The notes under the pieces were generated by a model. That model was not told the origin of the DNA and did not search any database. It saw nothing but the letters and a program-made list of their open reading frames with translations. A stretch of 64,000 nt of DNA, taken from a virus. The position numbers and the translations under genes are program-made. This document shows, piece after piece, positions 30,606-40,802 of this stretch. The stretch is taken from positions 1 through 64,000 of IMG/VR virus record IMGVR_UViG_3300045135_000252. One strand, given 5' to 3'. Within the stretch, counting starts at the first letter, position 1, and each line of letters starts with the position of its first letter.

Positions 30606-33600
30606 ATGGCTGATGTACGTTTACCTAGCGGCAAGATTATTTCAAATGTGCCGGATGGTGTTAGCCAAGCTCAACTAAGAGAGCTAGCTATAGCAAGTGG
30701 GCAATTTACTGAAGAAGATTTTGTTGCACAACAGCCAGCACCTTCCCAAGCAGATCAAGATGCTGAGCTAGCCGCTCTACGGAGCCGTGTATTAGCTAAA
30801 GACCCCGGGCTTTTCGACTATCTATACGATATCCCTAAAGGTATCGCTCGCGGTGTAGTAGGCGGTGCTGAGTTAGCAGCTCGTGGTATCACCAGCCAAA
30901 TAGCGGACGAGGCTAGCTTCCTAGACCCACTATACGGTATAGAAGAAGGTATTAGCGACGCTGAACGTAAGCAAAGAGCCGCGCAGATGCGGGCTGGTAT
31001 CGAGCGTAGGGTCGCACCAATAGATGAATTTTTAGCTGCTGACGCATCAGTGGAAGGTAGCATCCCATCTACATTCGCAGAAGCTGCTGGTTCGATTATT
31101 CCCGGTCTTGGTTTAGGCGCTATTCCTGTTGCTGGATTACCCACCGCTGGCGCTTATTTTTACGCGCAAGGACGAGGCGAGGCCGCGCAACGAGCTAGAC
31201 AAAGTGGGGCTACAGAAGATCAAATCGCGCAGTCTGCTGACCTTGGTGGATTGGTAGGTCTTTCTGAAATTATCCCAATTCAACGTATCCTTAAACGATT
31301 CCGTAGAGGAGTTGGTGACGACTTTGCTGATGAGGCGGAAGGGCGTATTAAACGCGCATTGAAAGCCGGTAGAGATGAAGCGATACAGGAAGCGGCTGCT
31401 ACTGTCGCGCAGAACGCTATTGCTAAAGGTATATACGACCCAGAGACAGATCTACTAGCTGGTACTCAAGAAGCGCTTGGTTACGGTGCGGGCGTCGGTG
31501 GTCTGACGCAGTTCTTGCTAGATATGTTCGCTAAACGTGTCCAAACTCCCGGACAGCCCGCTCCTACTGAAGGAGTACAGACAGATGAACTTGGACTTGA
31601 TGACGCAGGAGGAGCTGCAGTTAGCACTCCTGCACCTGTCGGGGGAGCTGGAGTTGAGGCAATTACCCCTGATGCTACAGGAGTTGAGCCACGAGGAGTG
31701 GATGTACCTACTGGCGCAGTTCCTGATGCTGGAGTTGGAGAAGGACCAGTCGGTGATCCATTAGCACTTGCTGCTGAACTAGAAACGGCTACTGAAGCAC
31801 AGGTAGCAGCACAGCAAGAATACGACAACGAGATTGATGAGTTAGTTAATCTTGGCCGTACGGAAGAAGAAGCGGCGTTAGAACTAAATACCGACCCGCT
31901 TAAAACCAATCTCGATGCAGCGACTACACGTGTAGCTACGTTGCAGCAACAGCTACAGCAAGCACAGGCACAGACATCTGAAGTCGCTAGTTTAGAACAG
32001 GCTGCCGCAGAACAAGCGGCGCAACAGGCTCCAGAGACAGCTCAACCTGTGGGGCGGACGAAGACTGTTACGGAAACTTCAGCGGATGGTGTTACTACTA
32101 CAAGAACTGAAGAAATACCTGAGACAACGGGTTTAGATACTCCGATAAATGACATAGTTGAAGGCAAAGTTGTTCAAAAATCTGCTCGTGAAATACTGGC
32201 CGAGCAGCAGCGTGTAAAGCAAGAGCAAGACAAACGTCGTGAGTTGTTAAGCGACCCTAAAAAACTTGCTGAGTACGCTGAAGATAAGGGCATTTCTGTA
32301 GAAGAAATGCAAGCCTTGCTAGAGCAGAATACGGTCGATAATTTAGCACGGGAGCTAGAGCTAGAAGACGTTGTTAATCGTCCCGAGTTTAGAGAGCTAC
32401 AAACACAAGAAAAAGAAAAAGCATCTAAGATTAAGTTTAAAGATACGACTGAAGCAGCACCTGAACCAGATGCAGTTGGTGAGCAGTTACAGCAGAATCT
32501 ATGGGAAAGCTATAGCAGTGGCCAAGGTGCACTTGCTAATGACGAGGTGGTTACTACTGCCCGTCAGATCGCCCAAGAAACTGGACAAGAATTTACTGAG
32601 ACAGAGTTCAAAGACTTTGCTTCTAAATATCGTGGTACACAGGCCCGTAAGCGTACAGTTGCTCAAGACTTCACTAAGCGTTTAGACGAACAGCGTCTAC
32701 AAGATACGCCAAAAGATATTCGTGATTCTATTAAGAAAGCACGTGAAATGATGCAGTCCAAAGGCCGACTAGCTGTTGTTGACCGTGATATTGGCGATAC
32801 TGCTAGAGACATTGGCAGTAACTTAGGGCCCGAAGCAGAGACGGCTTTCCTCAATGAAGCACAACGCATTGCTGACGATAACCTAAGACGTTACCAAGAA
32901 GAGAAAGCAGCGGTAGAAGCACAGGCTACTCCTGAAGGAGACTTACCTCCACTGCCAGACCTTATGGATACTGAGAACGAGTTCAGTATTCCAGAGCAAG
33001 CTGAGTTCCGTGACGACGCACTTGTCCGCGTAGGGCAAAACAACCGTTACCCTAAAGGCCCATTACTAGAGCCGTTCAATGCGTTCCGTGTGTACGCTTC
33101 TAAAAAGAACCGTGCAGAAGACGTTATCGAGCTAGTGGCTTTTGATATTGTCGAAGGTTCTACTGAGTACCGCAAGGTAGGTAAAACAGGCGCATTGGCA
33201 CCGGCTATGCCTAAGCTGAAAGAGCGCGATGAGCCAGCAGATGCTATTAGCGACCAAGAAAAGCGGTTCTTCAAGGGGCTAGGCCACGCTGATGTTGCAA
33301 GGGCTGCAGAGTCGTTCATGCGGGCACGTATGTCGCCAGACGCAATAAAGTTATTAGATGAGCGGATTGAGTTCTACAGAGACCGCCAACGTCGTGCTAA
33401 AGCTGCGGCTGCTGCACAAGCTAGTGGTAAGCCTTCTCGTGACCAGAAAATCCAAGCGCGTAAAAAGGCTCTTGCTAAGCAGTTAGAAGCTGAACGTACA
33501 GATACAACTGAAGCGGATTTGATGGAAGTAGCCACCGAAATCGGTGCATCCGATGCGGACGTACGAGCTGCTGAAGCAGAGCTATTAGATAACTATTTCG

Positions 33601-36600
33601 ATATTGCCGATGCCGAACTAACGCTTGATGAAGCGCTGTCTGACCTTGGTATTAACCCAGAGCTTAGTGCTAATGCTGTAACAGCTTTGGAGGGCAACGT
33701 GCATCCGCAAGTAATCGCTGAACTGCAAGCAGGTAATCTGAAGTCGGCGTTGCGGTATTTAACCCTTACATCTTCTAACCCAGACGTAGCGCGAGCTGCT
33801 CGTGTACTAGCTGACAAGCTAGGCGATACACGCATCCGGATGGAAGCTAACCTCCGTAACGAGGCGGGCAAAGAAGTAGCTGGTATGTTCAACCCACGCA
33901 GTAATACAGTAAGCATCAACACTGCTATGGACATTAAACCGCACACCATCCTGCACGAAGTGACGCATGCTCTGACCATTGCTGGGCTAGCTAACAAGTC
34001 CAGTGCTTTCACTAAGCAGCTAAACAACATTTACAACGATGTTAAAGGCCGCCTTGGTACCGCATACGGTACGCAGTCTTTGGAAGAGTTCGTAGCTGAA
34101 GCCTACAGTAACCCAGAGTTCCGCCGTGAGTTAGCTGGTCTGACTCCGAAAGGTGAGCAGATTTCTGTATTGCAGAAGTTGAAGAACACCCTACGTAACT
34201 TTGTACGTCGTTTGATGGGTAGACCCGCTGTCACAGAAGGCACGCAGCTCAGTGAGATTGATAACTTAATCGAAGCCATACTAAACCCAGCACCTCCATC
34301 GCAAGATGCAGAGCCGTTCTACCTGAATAGTCAGCGTGATGGCGTGATGGAAATGCTGAAGCGTATGACTGCTTCACTACGTAGAGCTGGACCGTTAAAT
34401 AAAGAACGCCGTCAGGAATACGTTGATGAAGCACTTGATGCAGTAACGCAAGATGCTCCAGACACTGCGGCCCGCGCTCTATATGGGTTTGGCGATATGC
34501 TGTTCGTTGCGGATATGGCTAAGAAGCTCGGTATGGGCGAGATTGGCGTTAAGATGCAACGTGTCATTGAGTTACAGCGTGGCGAGATCCAAAAGCGTGA
34601 TGATGAAACAGCGCAAGAAGTTAAAGAGCTTGCTAACTGGATGGCCAAGTCTGGCGGCAAAGTAGAAGAAGCATTTAATCGTGTTATCTACAGCCCAGAG
34701 TACGGCGCTACTATTTTCCAAGTAGACCCAACTAAGCCACGCAGTGCTTATGTTGGTAAGTTTGATAACAACGGTAACAGTTTAGAAGAAATCTGGGATG
34801 CACAACGTGCTGACTGGGCTATCCTGCAAGCCGCTGGCGGTGACGTACAATTTAATAAGCTACGTGAGTTCTATAAGAAGCAGCGTGAAGAGCTTATGAA
34901 CATCATTCAGGGTGTTATGGATGATGTATTCCCCGGTGGTGACCCAGCATCTAACCGTTTGCGTCAGACTCTATACAACAAGCTGTTAGCAGATGCCTCT
35001 GATCTCGATGTGTATTTCCCATTGGAACGTCAAGGCTCTTATAAACTGGTCTATAACTTTGTGCCGGGGTCAGAACCAAAAGGTTCACCACCATATGCAG
35101 TAGAAATGTTCACTACTTCTCGTGCTAGAGACAGAGCAAGAGCTGAGTTGATGAACAATCCTGACGTAGACAAGGCAAGTATTGATGTAATAGACGGAGA
35201 GTCTTTAACAGCGCACTACAATCGCACGCCTCCTAACTCATTTATTAAAGACTTGTTATCAGCTATTGAGAACAACCCAGAGATTAGCAATAACGAGGCG
35301 ACCAAAGAGCAGGTATTGCAATTATTTATTGATGCGCTTCCACAGACAGCTTTGGCTAAATCGTTGCGTAGACGTAAAAACGTAGTTGGTTACGCTTCTG
35401 ATTCTTTATTAGCCCTTAAATCTCGTGGGTTTGATACAGGCAGACAAATATCTAAGTTGAAGGCTACGGCTCGTTTGCGTCAGCTTGAAGCGGATGCTGT
35501 AGGGTTTGCTACTCCATCATTGGCGCAGATCAATGCTACTAAAGCAACGATGCCAAACGCTACGCCTCGTCAAATAGCAGAAGCATTGAATACAACGGTT
35601 GATTACCTGAACAATGTAGATCAGATAATTGCACGGGAAGGTATTTGGAAACGTCTGATCCGTCCATTTAGAGGTGAACGTACTCAGGCTCAAATCGAAG
35701 CTGATATTCAAAGATACTTGATTGATCCTATTCGCCGTACTAAGGACGAGTTGGTTATGCGTGCAGAGTTTGCACGTATGGGTGCCCGCCACAAGAGTAT
35801 TGAGAAAGCTGTGCGTTTCGCTAACCAGTTAGCGTTTATGGCGACAATCGGCTTCAACCCTTCATCTGCTGCAGTTAACTTGTCGCAGATACCGTTGTTT
35901 GTGTACCCATACCTTGGTGCTGATTATGGCTACGGTAAGACAGGCACGGCTTTCAAACGCGCTCACGCACTTCTGGGTGCGTATAAGAACGACATTGAGC
36001 GTTACTACAACGTGGATGAGAACGGCAACTACACTGTAATTGACTCGCCAGATATGTCGCCAGCCAAGCGCAAGGTACTTGAAGATTTGGCTCCTATGGT
36101 AGAAGAAGCATCTGCACGGGGGCTATTGAACAGATCATACTTGCTTGACGCACTCGGATTGGAAGAAAGCGGACGCAGCGCAAACGTGATTGATAAGGCT
36201 ACTACGTTAAGTGCTGTGATGTTCAACCACGCGGAACGCTACAACCGTCAGGTTACGTTGCTGGCTACGTACCAGCTAGAGTTAGATCGACTGCAAAAAG
36301 AGAATGCTCAGCGCGAAGGTAAAGCGAAGCTAGCTGACGTAACTATTCGGAATCGTGCTATCAAACAAGCCATTATGCTTACACAGCGCACCAACGGTGG
36401 TTCTGTACTTGAGACTGGTCCACGCTACGCACAGCAAAATATTGGACGTATAGCGTTGATGTATAAAGCATACGGTCTGCGTATGTACAACTCGATGTTG
36501 GACTCAGCAAAAGAATTAGCGGAGAACTTCTTCCCCGGTAATGATCCAGAAGCTAAGCGGATACGTAACAAAGCGTTCCTGCAGATGGTGGGCATCCACG

Positions 36601-37421
36601 GTTCAGCGCTGTTCTTTGCTGGTATCCACGGTATCCCGCTGTACGGCGCGGCGCAGTTGTTAGCTGACCTATTCTTCTTAGGCGACGATGAAGATGATTT
36701 CAACACGTTGATACGTAAACAGGTTGGTGAAACGTGGTACAAGGGCTTAGTCAATGAAATGACTGGGGTAGATATTGCTAGCCGTGTGCGTTTGACAGGC
36801 TTACTGCTACAAGAGAATAGGTATAACACAGACCCTTCTGTTGAAGAGTTTTTTGGTCAGTACCTAGGTGGTCCAGCACTAAGTGTTGCTAAGAAGATGA
36901 TACGTGGCGTGCAAGATTTACATGAAGGTGATGTACAGCGTGGTGTAGAGAACTTATTGCCATCCGCCGTAGCAAATGCGTATAAGTCAGCCTTTGGGCG
37001 CTACCAAGAACAAGGTGGTATATACACCCGTCGTGGCGATCCTATCTACTCTGATATGACTGGCGGAGAACTCATAGCACAGGCACTTGGCTTCGCTCCT
37101 GCTGAGTATACGTTTAAACAAGAGCGTAACTTGCGTAATAAGCGGGTTGAGAAAGCTATCCTGACTGAACGTACCAAGCTAACTCGTAAGTATTACGTGG
37201 CGTTGCGGCTAGGGGACATCGACAAAATACAAAGAGCGCGTCAGGAAATCTTAGATTTCAATGCTAAGCACAGAGATCCGGACATCATTATTGATGCGGA
37301 AGATATTAAGAAGTCTATTCAGCGTCATAGAGAAACATCTCAGCGGATGTACGACGGTGTGACTATTAACCCTGCATTACGCAGAGCAATCGAACTAAGT
37401 AATCAGGAATACAACTACTAA
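30606..37421 (+). CDS. Giant internal virion/polyvalent protein with zincin metallopeptidase and PLxRFG/LPD-like domains
   Basis: 2271 aa; ILHEVTHA...EEFVAEA zincin motif; YFPLERQG; helical C-terminal half. Confidence 0.65.
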   Translation: MADVRLPSGKIISNVPDGVSQAQLRELAIASGQFTEEDFVAQQPAPSQADQDAELAALRSRVLAKDPGLFDYLYDIPKGIARGVVGGAELAARGITSQIADEASFLDPLYGIEEGISDAERKQRAAQMRAGIERRVAPIDEFLAADASVEGSIPSTFAEAAGSIIPGLGLGAIPVAGLPTAGAYFYAQGRGEAAQRARQSGATEDQIAQSADLGGLVGLSEIIPIQRILKRFRRGVGDDFADEAEGRIKRALKAGRDEAIQEAAATVAQNAIAKGIYDPETDLLAGTQEALGYGAGVGGLTQFLLDMFAKRVQTPGQPAPTEGVQTDELGLDDAGGAAVSTPAPVGGAGVEAITPDATGVEPRGVDVPTGAVPDAGVGEGPVGDPLALAAELETATEAQVAAQQEYDNEIDELVNLGRTEEEAALELNTDPLKTNLDAATTRVATLQQQLQQAQAQTSEVASLEQAAAEQAAQQAPETAQPVGRTKTVTETSADGVTTTRTEEIPETTGLDTPINDIVEGKVVQKSAREILAEQQRVKQEQDKRRELLSDPKKLAEYAEDKGISVEEMQALLEQNTVDNLARELELEDVVNRPEFRELQTQEKEKASKIKFKDTTEAAPEPDAVGEQLQQNLWESYSSGQGALANDEVVTTARQIAQETGQEFTETEFKDFASKYRGTQARKRTVAQDFTKRLDEQRLQDTPKDIRDSIKKAREMMQSKGRLAVVDRDIGDTARDIGSNLGPEAETAFLNEAQRIADDNLRRYQEEKAAVEAQATPEGDLPPLPDLMDTENEFSIPEQAEFRDDALVRVGQNNRYPKGPLLEPFNAFRVYASKKNRAEDVIELVAFDIVEGSTEYRKVGKTGALAPAMPKLKERDEPADAISDQEKRFFKGLGHADVARAAESFMRARMSPDAIKLLDERIEFYRDRQRRAKAAAAAQASGKPSRDQKIQARKKALAKQLEAERTDTTEADLMEVATEIGASDADVRAAEAELLDNYFDIADAELTLDEALSDLGINPELSANAVTALEGNVHPQVIAELQAGNLKSALRYLTLTSSNPDVARAARVLADKLGDTRIRMEANLRNEAGKEVAGMFNPRSNTVSINTAMDIKPHTILHEVTHALTIAGLANKSSAFTKQLNNIYNDVKGRLGTAYGTQSLEEFVAEAYSNPEFRRELAGLTPKGEQISVLQKLKNTLRNFVRRLMGRPAVTEGTQLSEIDNLIEAILNPAPPSQDAEPFYLNSQRDGVMEMLKRMTASLRRAGPLNKERRQEYVDEALDAVTQDAPDTAARALYGFGDMLFVADMAKKLGMGEIGVKMQRVIELQRGEIQKRDDETAQEVKELANWMAKSGGKVEEAFNRVIYSPEYGATIFQVDPTKPRSAYVGKFDNNGNSLEEIWDAQRADWAILQAAGGDVQFNKLREFYKKQREELMNIIQGVMDDVFPGGDPASNRLRQTLYNKLLADASDLDVYFPLERQGSYKLVYNFVPGSEPKGSPPYAVEMFTTSRARDRARAELMNNPDVDKASIDVIDGESLTAHYNRTPPNSFIKDLLSAIENNPEISNNEATKEQVLQLFIDALPQTALAKSLRRRKNVVGYASDSLLALKSRGFDTGRQISKLKATARLRQLEADAVGFATPSLAQINATKATMPNATPRQIAEALNTTVDYLNNVDQIIAREGIWKRLIRPFRGERTQAQIEADIQRYLIDPIRRTKDELVMRAEFARMGARHKSIEKAVRFANQLAFMATIGFNPSSAAVNLSQIPLFVYPYLGADYGYGKTGTAFKRAHALLGAYKNDIERYYNVDENGNYTVIDSPDMSPAKRKVLEDLAPMVEEASARGLLNRSYLLDALGLEESGRSANVIDKATTLSAVMFNHAERYNRQVTLLATYQLELDRLQKENAQREGKAKLADVTIRNRAIKQAIMLTQRTNGGSVLETGPRYAQQNIGRIALMYKAYGLRMYNSMLDSAKELAENFFPGNDPEAKRIRNKAFLQMVGIHGSALFFAGIHGIPLYGAAQLLADLFFLGDDEDDFNTLIRKQVGETWYKGLVNEMTGVDIASRVRLTGLLLQENRYNTDPSVEEFFGQYLGGPALSVAKKMIRGVQDLHEGDVQRGVENLLPSAVANAYKSAFGRYQEQGGIYTRRGDPIYSDMTGGELIAQALGFAPAEYTFKQERNLRNKRVEKAILTERTKLTRKYYVALRLGDIDKIQRARQEILDFNAKHRDPDIIIDAEDIKKSIQRHRETSQRMYDGVTINPALRRAIELSNQEYNY

Positions 37422-37444
37422 AAAAGACCCCGCACGAGGCGGGG
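37420..37444 (-). terminator. Intrinsic terminator of the leftward operon at the strand-convergence point
   Basis: CCCCGC-5 nt-GCGGGG stem followed on the - strand by TCTTTTTT. Confidence 0.8.
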
Positions 37445-37512
37445 CACAGCATAGGGAGTCAACCCTTAGAGGTAACCACGAAAACAATTTGCAAAGTCGC
37501 AACTCATTTCGT
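37420..37512 (-). ncRNA. Candidate trans-acting anti-RBS small RNA (~90 nt)
   Basis: Possible TTTACG-18-TACAGT promoter (37548-37519); 5' hairpin; exposed UGGUUACCUCU and GGUUGACUCC complementary to phage RBS motifs; intrinsic terminator. Confidence 0.45.
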
Positions 37513-37526
37513 AGGTAAACTGTATC

Positions 37527-37721
37527 CTAAAGTCGCCATACCCGTAAACCCCTAACTCCTTCTTCGATAACGACTTTTGTCAAAATCTTGTATTTAAGCC
37601 TGTCAGTCACCGCTTTGATCTCATCTCGTGCTGACTTTGGGTCCAAGCAGGGTATGAAAAATGAGTAACCCCGCTTGAACTTTTTCCAGTTAATCTCGTA
37701 ACTGACCTTCTCCACCTGCAT
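37527..37721 (-). CDS. Small hypothetical (possible DNA-binding) protein
   Basis: GYSFFIP...GLRVWR; last gene of the replication operon. Confidence 0.7.
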   Translation of the reverse strand: MQVEKVSYEINWKKFKRGYSFFIPCLDPKSARDEIKAVTDRLKYKILTKVVIEEGVRGLRVWRL

Positions 37722-40542
37722 CTACGGTTTCCTCAACCTCAAGCATTGCGTCCACATCTAAGAACTCGCTGTTATCGCAGTCAAGTACCAAAGCCCTAGT
37801 AGCTGGGGATGAGATCTTCATGCCCTTAGACATACGCTTGTATGTGGTCTCTTTGAGAATCCCTTTCTTTGTAAGGTCTTTCAGGATTCCCTTGTAGTTC
37901 AAGCGGTATTTCACACAGTCTTCCTTGAACGCCTTTGCTGATATGTACATCAACTTAGTGTCAGGCTCGTACCGTATGAATAGATTACCTCTTGGCTCCA
38001 TCAACGGTAGCGTTGGCATCTTAGACCGTGAGTCCACTTCATCGTTGACCACAAGGATGTTCTGCAGGTGCCGGTTAATAAAGTCACCGATTACAGCTAC
38101 CACATCATCCACAGGTGTGCGTACATCTTCACGTAGTTCAGGGAGTAACTTCGCACCGCACCATTGGTAGATACGCATGACGTCCCAGTCGATAAGTCCT
38201 AGATTCCGTGCGATCAAACCGCCTGTAATGTTTGCGGCGATGATTGCAGACCAGAAGCGTTCTTTCTGTGTGATCTTAAACTCACGGTCTACTTTCTCTT
38301 GAATCTGACGGATAGCCGCCTTTACTTCTTCTAAGTTATTCACAAGATATTCAGCGTATATGTCGCCCGCATGCCCGTAGTTCTCAGGAAGCTCAATATC
38401 AAACTTATACTTGGAGGTTACGTCGTTAGCGATCTCTTCGCTGGTAGGGATTTTGTACTCGATGATCCGCATCATTTCTGCTTCTGGGCGGTTCTTTGCC
38501 GCCGCTAGAGCTTCGTAGAACGAGCTGTTTGCAGACGTAGTGACCAAAGTACACCAGTTGGTCAGGTTTTTACGCAGCTCGTTAGTGGACTGCTTCATGC
38601 GCTCTTTCCACTTACCCTGCGATACACCGTAGGCTAGGTCTGATACTTCCTGCGGAGCGCACTCAGTCATCTCGTCTAGCGTTACCGATAGGTTGTTATG
38701 CACACCAAGGCGCATAAACTTAGCGTTCATGGTGTCAGCCTTGAGGCCAGTTAGGTTCTTTGGGTGCCCCCATACGCTGTTCTGCATGTACAGCACGGTA
38801 GACTTACCGTCACCGGAGCCTTCCGCGACCAGACTTACAAGCGCACCTTGCTGACCTGTGTATTTGAAAATCGGCGCACCGAAAGCACATAGTGTGGCAA
38901 ACGCCTGTGGTTCAAGCCCTTTCCTGCCGTAGATGCTGAAGATTTCTTTCCACTTCTCGAATGACCCCGCCTTCTGTAAATGCTCTACAAATGTCTCTGT
39001 AGATGGCGATGGGGGCGTGTGGTACGTACCATCTGCAGTTATCTCTCTATCTCCAATGATAAATTTGCTGTCATTGTCAGCCCATCCAAACTGTAATCTC
39101 ATTAGCTCTGCCTTCTTTTTTGTCTGCATTTCACGTACAGATGCAGTGATGTACCAACTCAGTAACTCACTTTTTTTACTAGCGCCACAAAGCACACCGT
39201 GCTCTGCTAATAGCTTTCGTACTTCTCTTGGCTCTGTTAGCTGTGAGTTAGGGATAATAAATTCAAGAACCCCATCGTGCGGAGTGTGCAGTTTAAACAC
39301 CGCTACGTCCTTCTTGATTGGGTCTTTCATACGTTTCAACACGTATAGATCGTGCTCGTATACCAGCACTGGCTCTTCTTCAGCATTAGCAGAGTCGTAC
39401 CAGATACCACCTGTTTTGCCACGGAAGAACGGAAACGGATACTCAGGGATTTTGTACTTCTCTTCAACACCGTCTTCTTCGATGCTTATGATATTGTCCA
39501 TCTCACTGGCTTTTTCTACCTCACGGCCAAGCACGATGGGGCTTTTAATCTTGCCTTTGAACGGACAACCATCACACCCGCCGGGGTTATTTTCCTCGAA
39601 CTTCTCGCAAGTATGTGGCCCAAGTATATGTTTTATCTTGTGTTCTACTTCGCCCGGGTCATAGTCTGGGTGGTCTGAAGATAGCTTGTGTATGGCTTTG
39701 TCCTTATCTGTACAGAACTTTGCGACAGATAAAGCATTGAACCATCTAGGCTCCACTAAGGTTTCACGGTCTTCATAGCAAGATAGAAGCTGTTGACAGC
39801 CATCACCGTTGCCACTGCGGATCATGATCTTCTTAAAGCTATTAGTCGTAGCGTCAGCAAACTGCTGTCCTAACGCCGTTAACTCACGTTTTGGCGCGGT
39901 CTCAACTTTATCCTCTACACCAAGTATGTCCCGTAACTCATTGAAATCTATAGGGTCAGCTTCCTGAACTACAGATACTGGCTTAGCTGGATCGTCTTTA
40001 AAGTTGAGTGTGCCCGGAACTCTAAGTACACGTGCAACCTCAAACACCGCAGGGTCTACATATAGCTCATGCGTAAAGCACAGCTCACGTAGGCGGTGTG
40101 CGACTGGCTCCCACTGTTCACGGGTTACTTCCTCAGTCAGTGCCCAGTACACGTGGATACCACGGCCAGAGTTGACGAGTATAGGTTCAGGCAGTCCTAC
40201 CAGTTCGCAGAAAGCATCTAGTGCTTCCTTACCACTGTCTTGATCTGCGTAACCATCAGGGCGTCCTGTCTTTTCGTTGACCTCTGCCTTCGTGGGGCCA
40301 CAGTCTATGTCAAGCCAAAAGGCTTTGAGCGACTGTACGTTGTCTTTCTTTCTGTCTGCATCGGTTTGGAATTTAGCCACCGCGAAGAAAGCATTGCGTT
40401 TATCAGCTACGAACTGCTCTGCTAGCTCGTCTAGTTCCTCACGGGTTTGTACAAGTTTCTGTACAATGCTCCTCCCTTTGATACCGACAGCGCAGAACCA
40501 TCCATCTTTCGGCTGTACTGCGTCTAATAGGTCGAATGTCAT
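37690..40542 (-). CDS. Primase-helicase (AEP-like N-terminus plus DUF927/P-loop helicase)
   Basis: FWLDID, NSGRGIHVYW and VLRVPGT primase motifs; Cys cluster; GSGDGKST and TLDE. Confidence 0.8.
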   Translation of the reverse strand: MTFDLLDAVQPKDGWFCAVGIKGRSIVQKLVQTREELDELAEQFVADKRNAFFAVAKFQTDADRKKDNVQSLKAFWLDIDCGPTKAEVNEKTGRPDGYADQDSGKEALDAFCELVGLPEPILVNSGRGIHVYWALTEEVTREQWEPVAHRLRELCFTHELYVDPAVFEVARVLRVPGTLNFKDDPAKPVSVVQEADPIDFNELRDILGVEDKVETAPKRELTALGQQFADATTNSFKKIMIRSGNGDGCQQLLSCYEDRETLVEPRWFNALSVAKFCTDKDKAIHKLSSDHPDYDPGEVEHKIKHILGPHTCEKFEENNPGGCDGCPFKGKIKSPIVLGREVEKASEMDNIISIEEDGVEEKYKIPEYPFPFFRGKTGGIWYDSANAEEEPVLVYEHDLYVLKRMKDPIKKDVAVFKLHTPHDGVLEFIIPNSQLTEPREVRKLLAEHGVLCGASKKSELLSWYITASVREMQTKKKAELMRLQFGWADNDSKFIIGDREITADGTYHTPPSPSTETFVEHLQKAGSFEKWKEIFSIYGRKGLEPQAFATLCAFGAPIFKYTGQQGALVSLVAEGSGDGKSTVLYMQNSVWGHPKNLTGLKADTMNAKFMRLGVHNNLSVTLDEMTECAPQEVSDLAYGVSQGKWKERMKQSTNELRKNLTNWCTLVTTSANSSFYEALAAAKNRPEAEMMRIIEYKIPTSEEIANDVTSKYKFDIELPENYGHAGDIYAEYLVNNLEEVKAAIRQIQEKVDREFKITQKERFWSAIIAANITGGLIARNLGLIDWDVMRIYQWCGAKLLPELREDVRTPVDDVVAVIGDFINRHLQNILVVNDEVDSRSKMPTLPLMEPRGNLFIRYEPDTKLMYISAKAFKEDCVKYRLNYKGILKDLTKKGILKETTYKRMSKGMKISSPATRALVLDCDNSEFLDVDAMLEVEETVDAGGEGQLRD

Positions 40543-40565
40543 CCCTAAATCCTTGCTGTGTAATT

Positions 40566-40802
40566 TTATTTGTCAGCGGCTAGTGAGCTTATTATTTCTT
40601 GTATCTGCTCCAGCTTGGCACGTGGGGCGTTAACCCCACAGAACCAGTTGTATACAGTCTGCCTTGTGACTTCCAAGTGAGCCGCTACGTCTGAGACGGG
40701 CACATCACGTTCGATGCAAACCCGCCCCAGTTGTACGCCCAACAAACGGTCATCGGCTTCTTTATTTAGCTCGATTAGCCTATTGCTGTAGCCATAGCTC
40801 AT
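40566..40802 (-). CDS. Cro/XRE-like HTH regulator
   Basis: VSDVAAHLEVTRQTVYNWF. Confidence 0.8.
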   Translation of the reverse strand: MSYGYSNRLIELNKEADDRLLGVQLGRVCIERDVPVSDVAAHLEVTRQTVYNWFCGVNAPRAKLEQIQEIISSLAADK

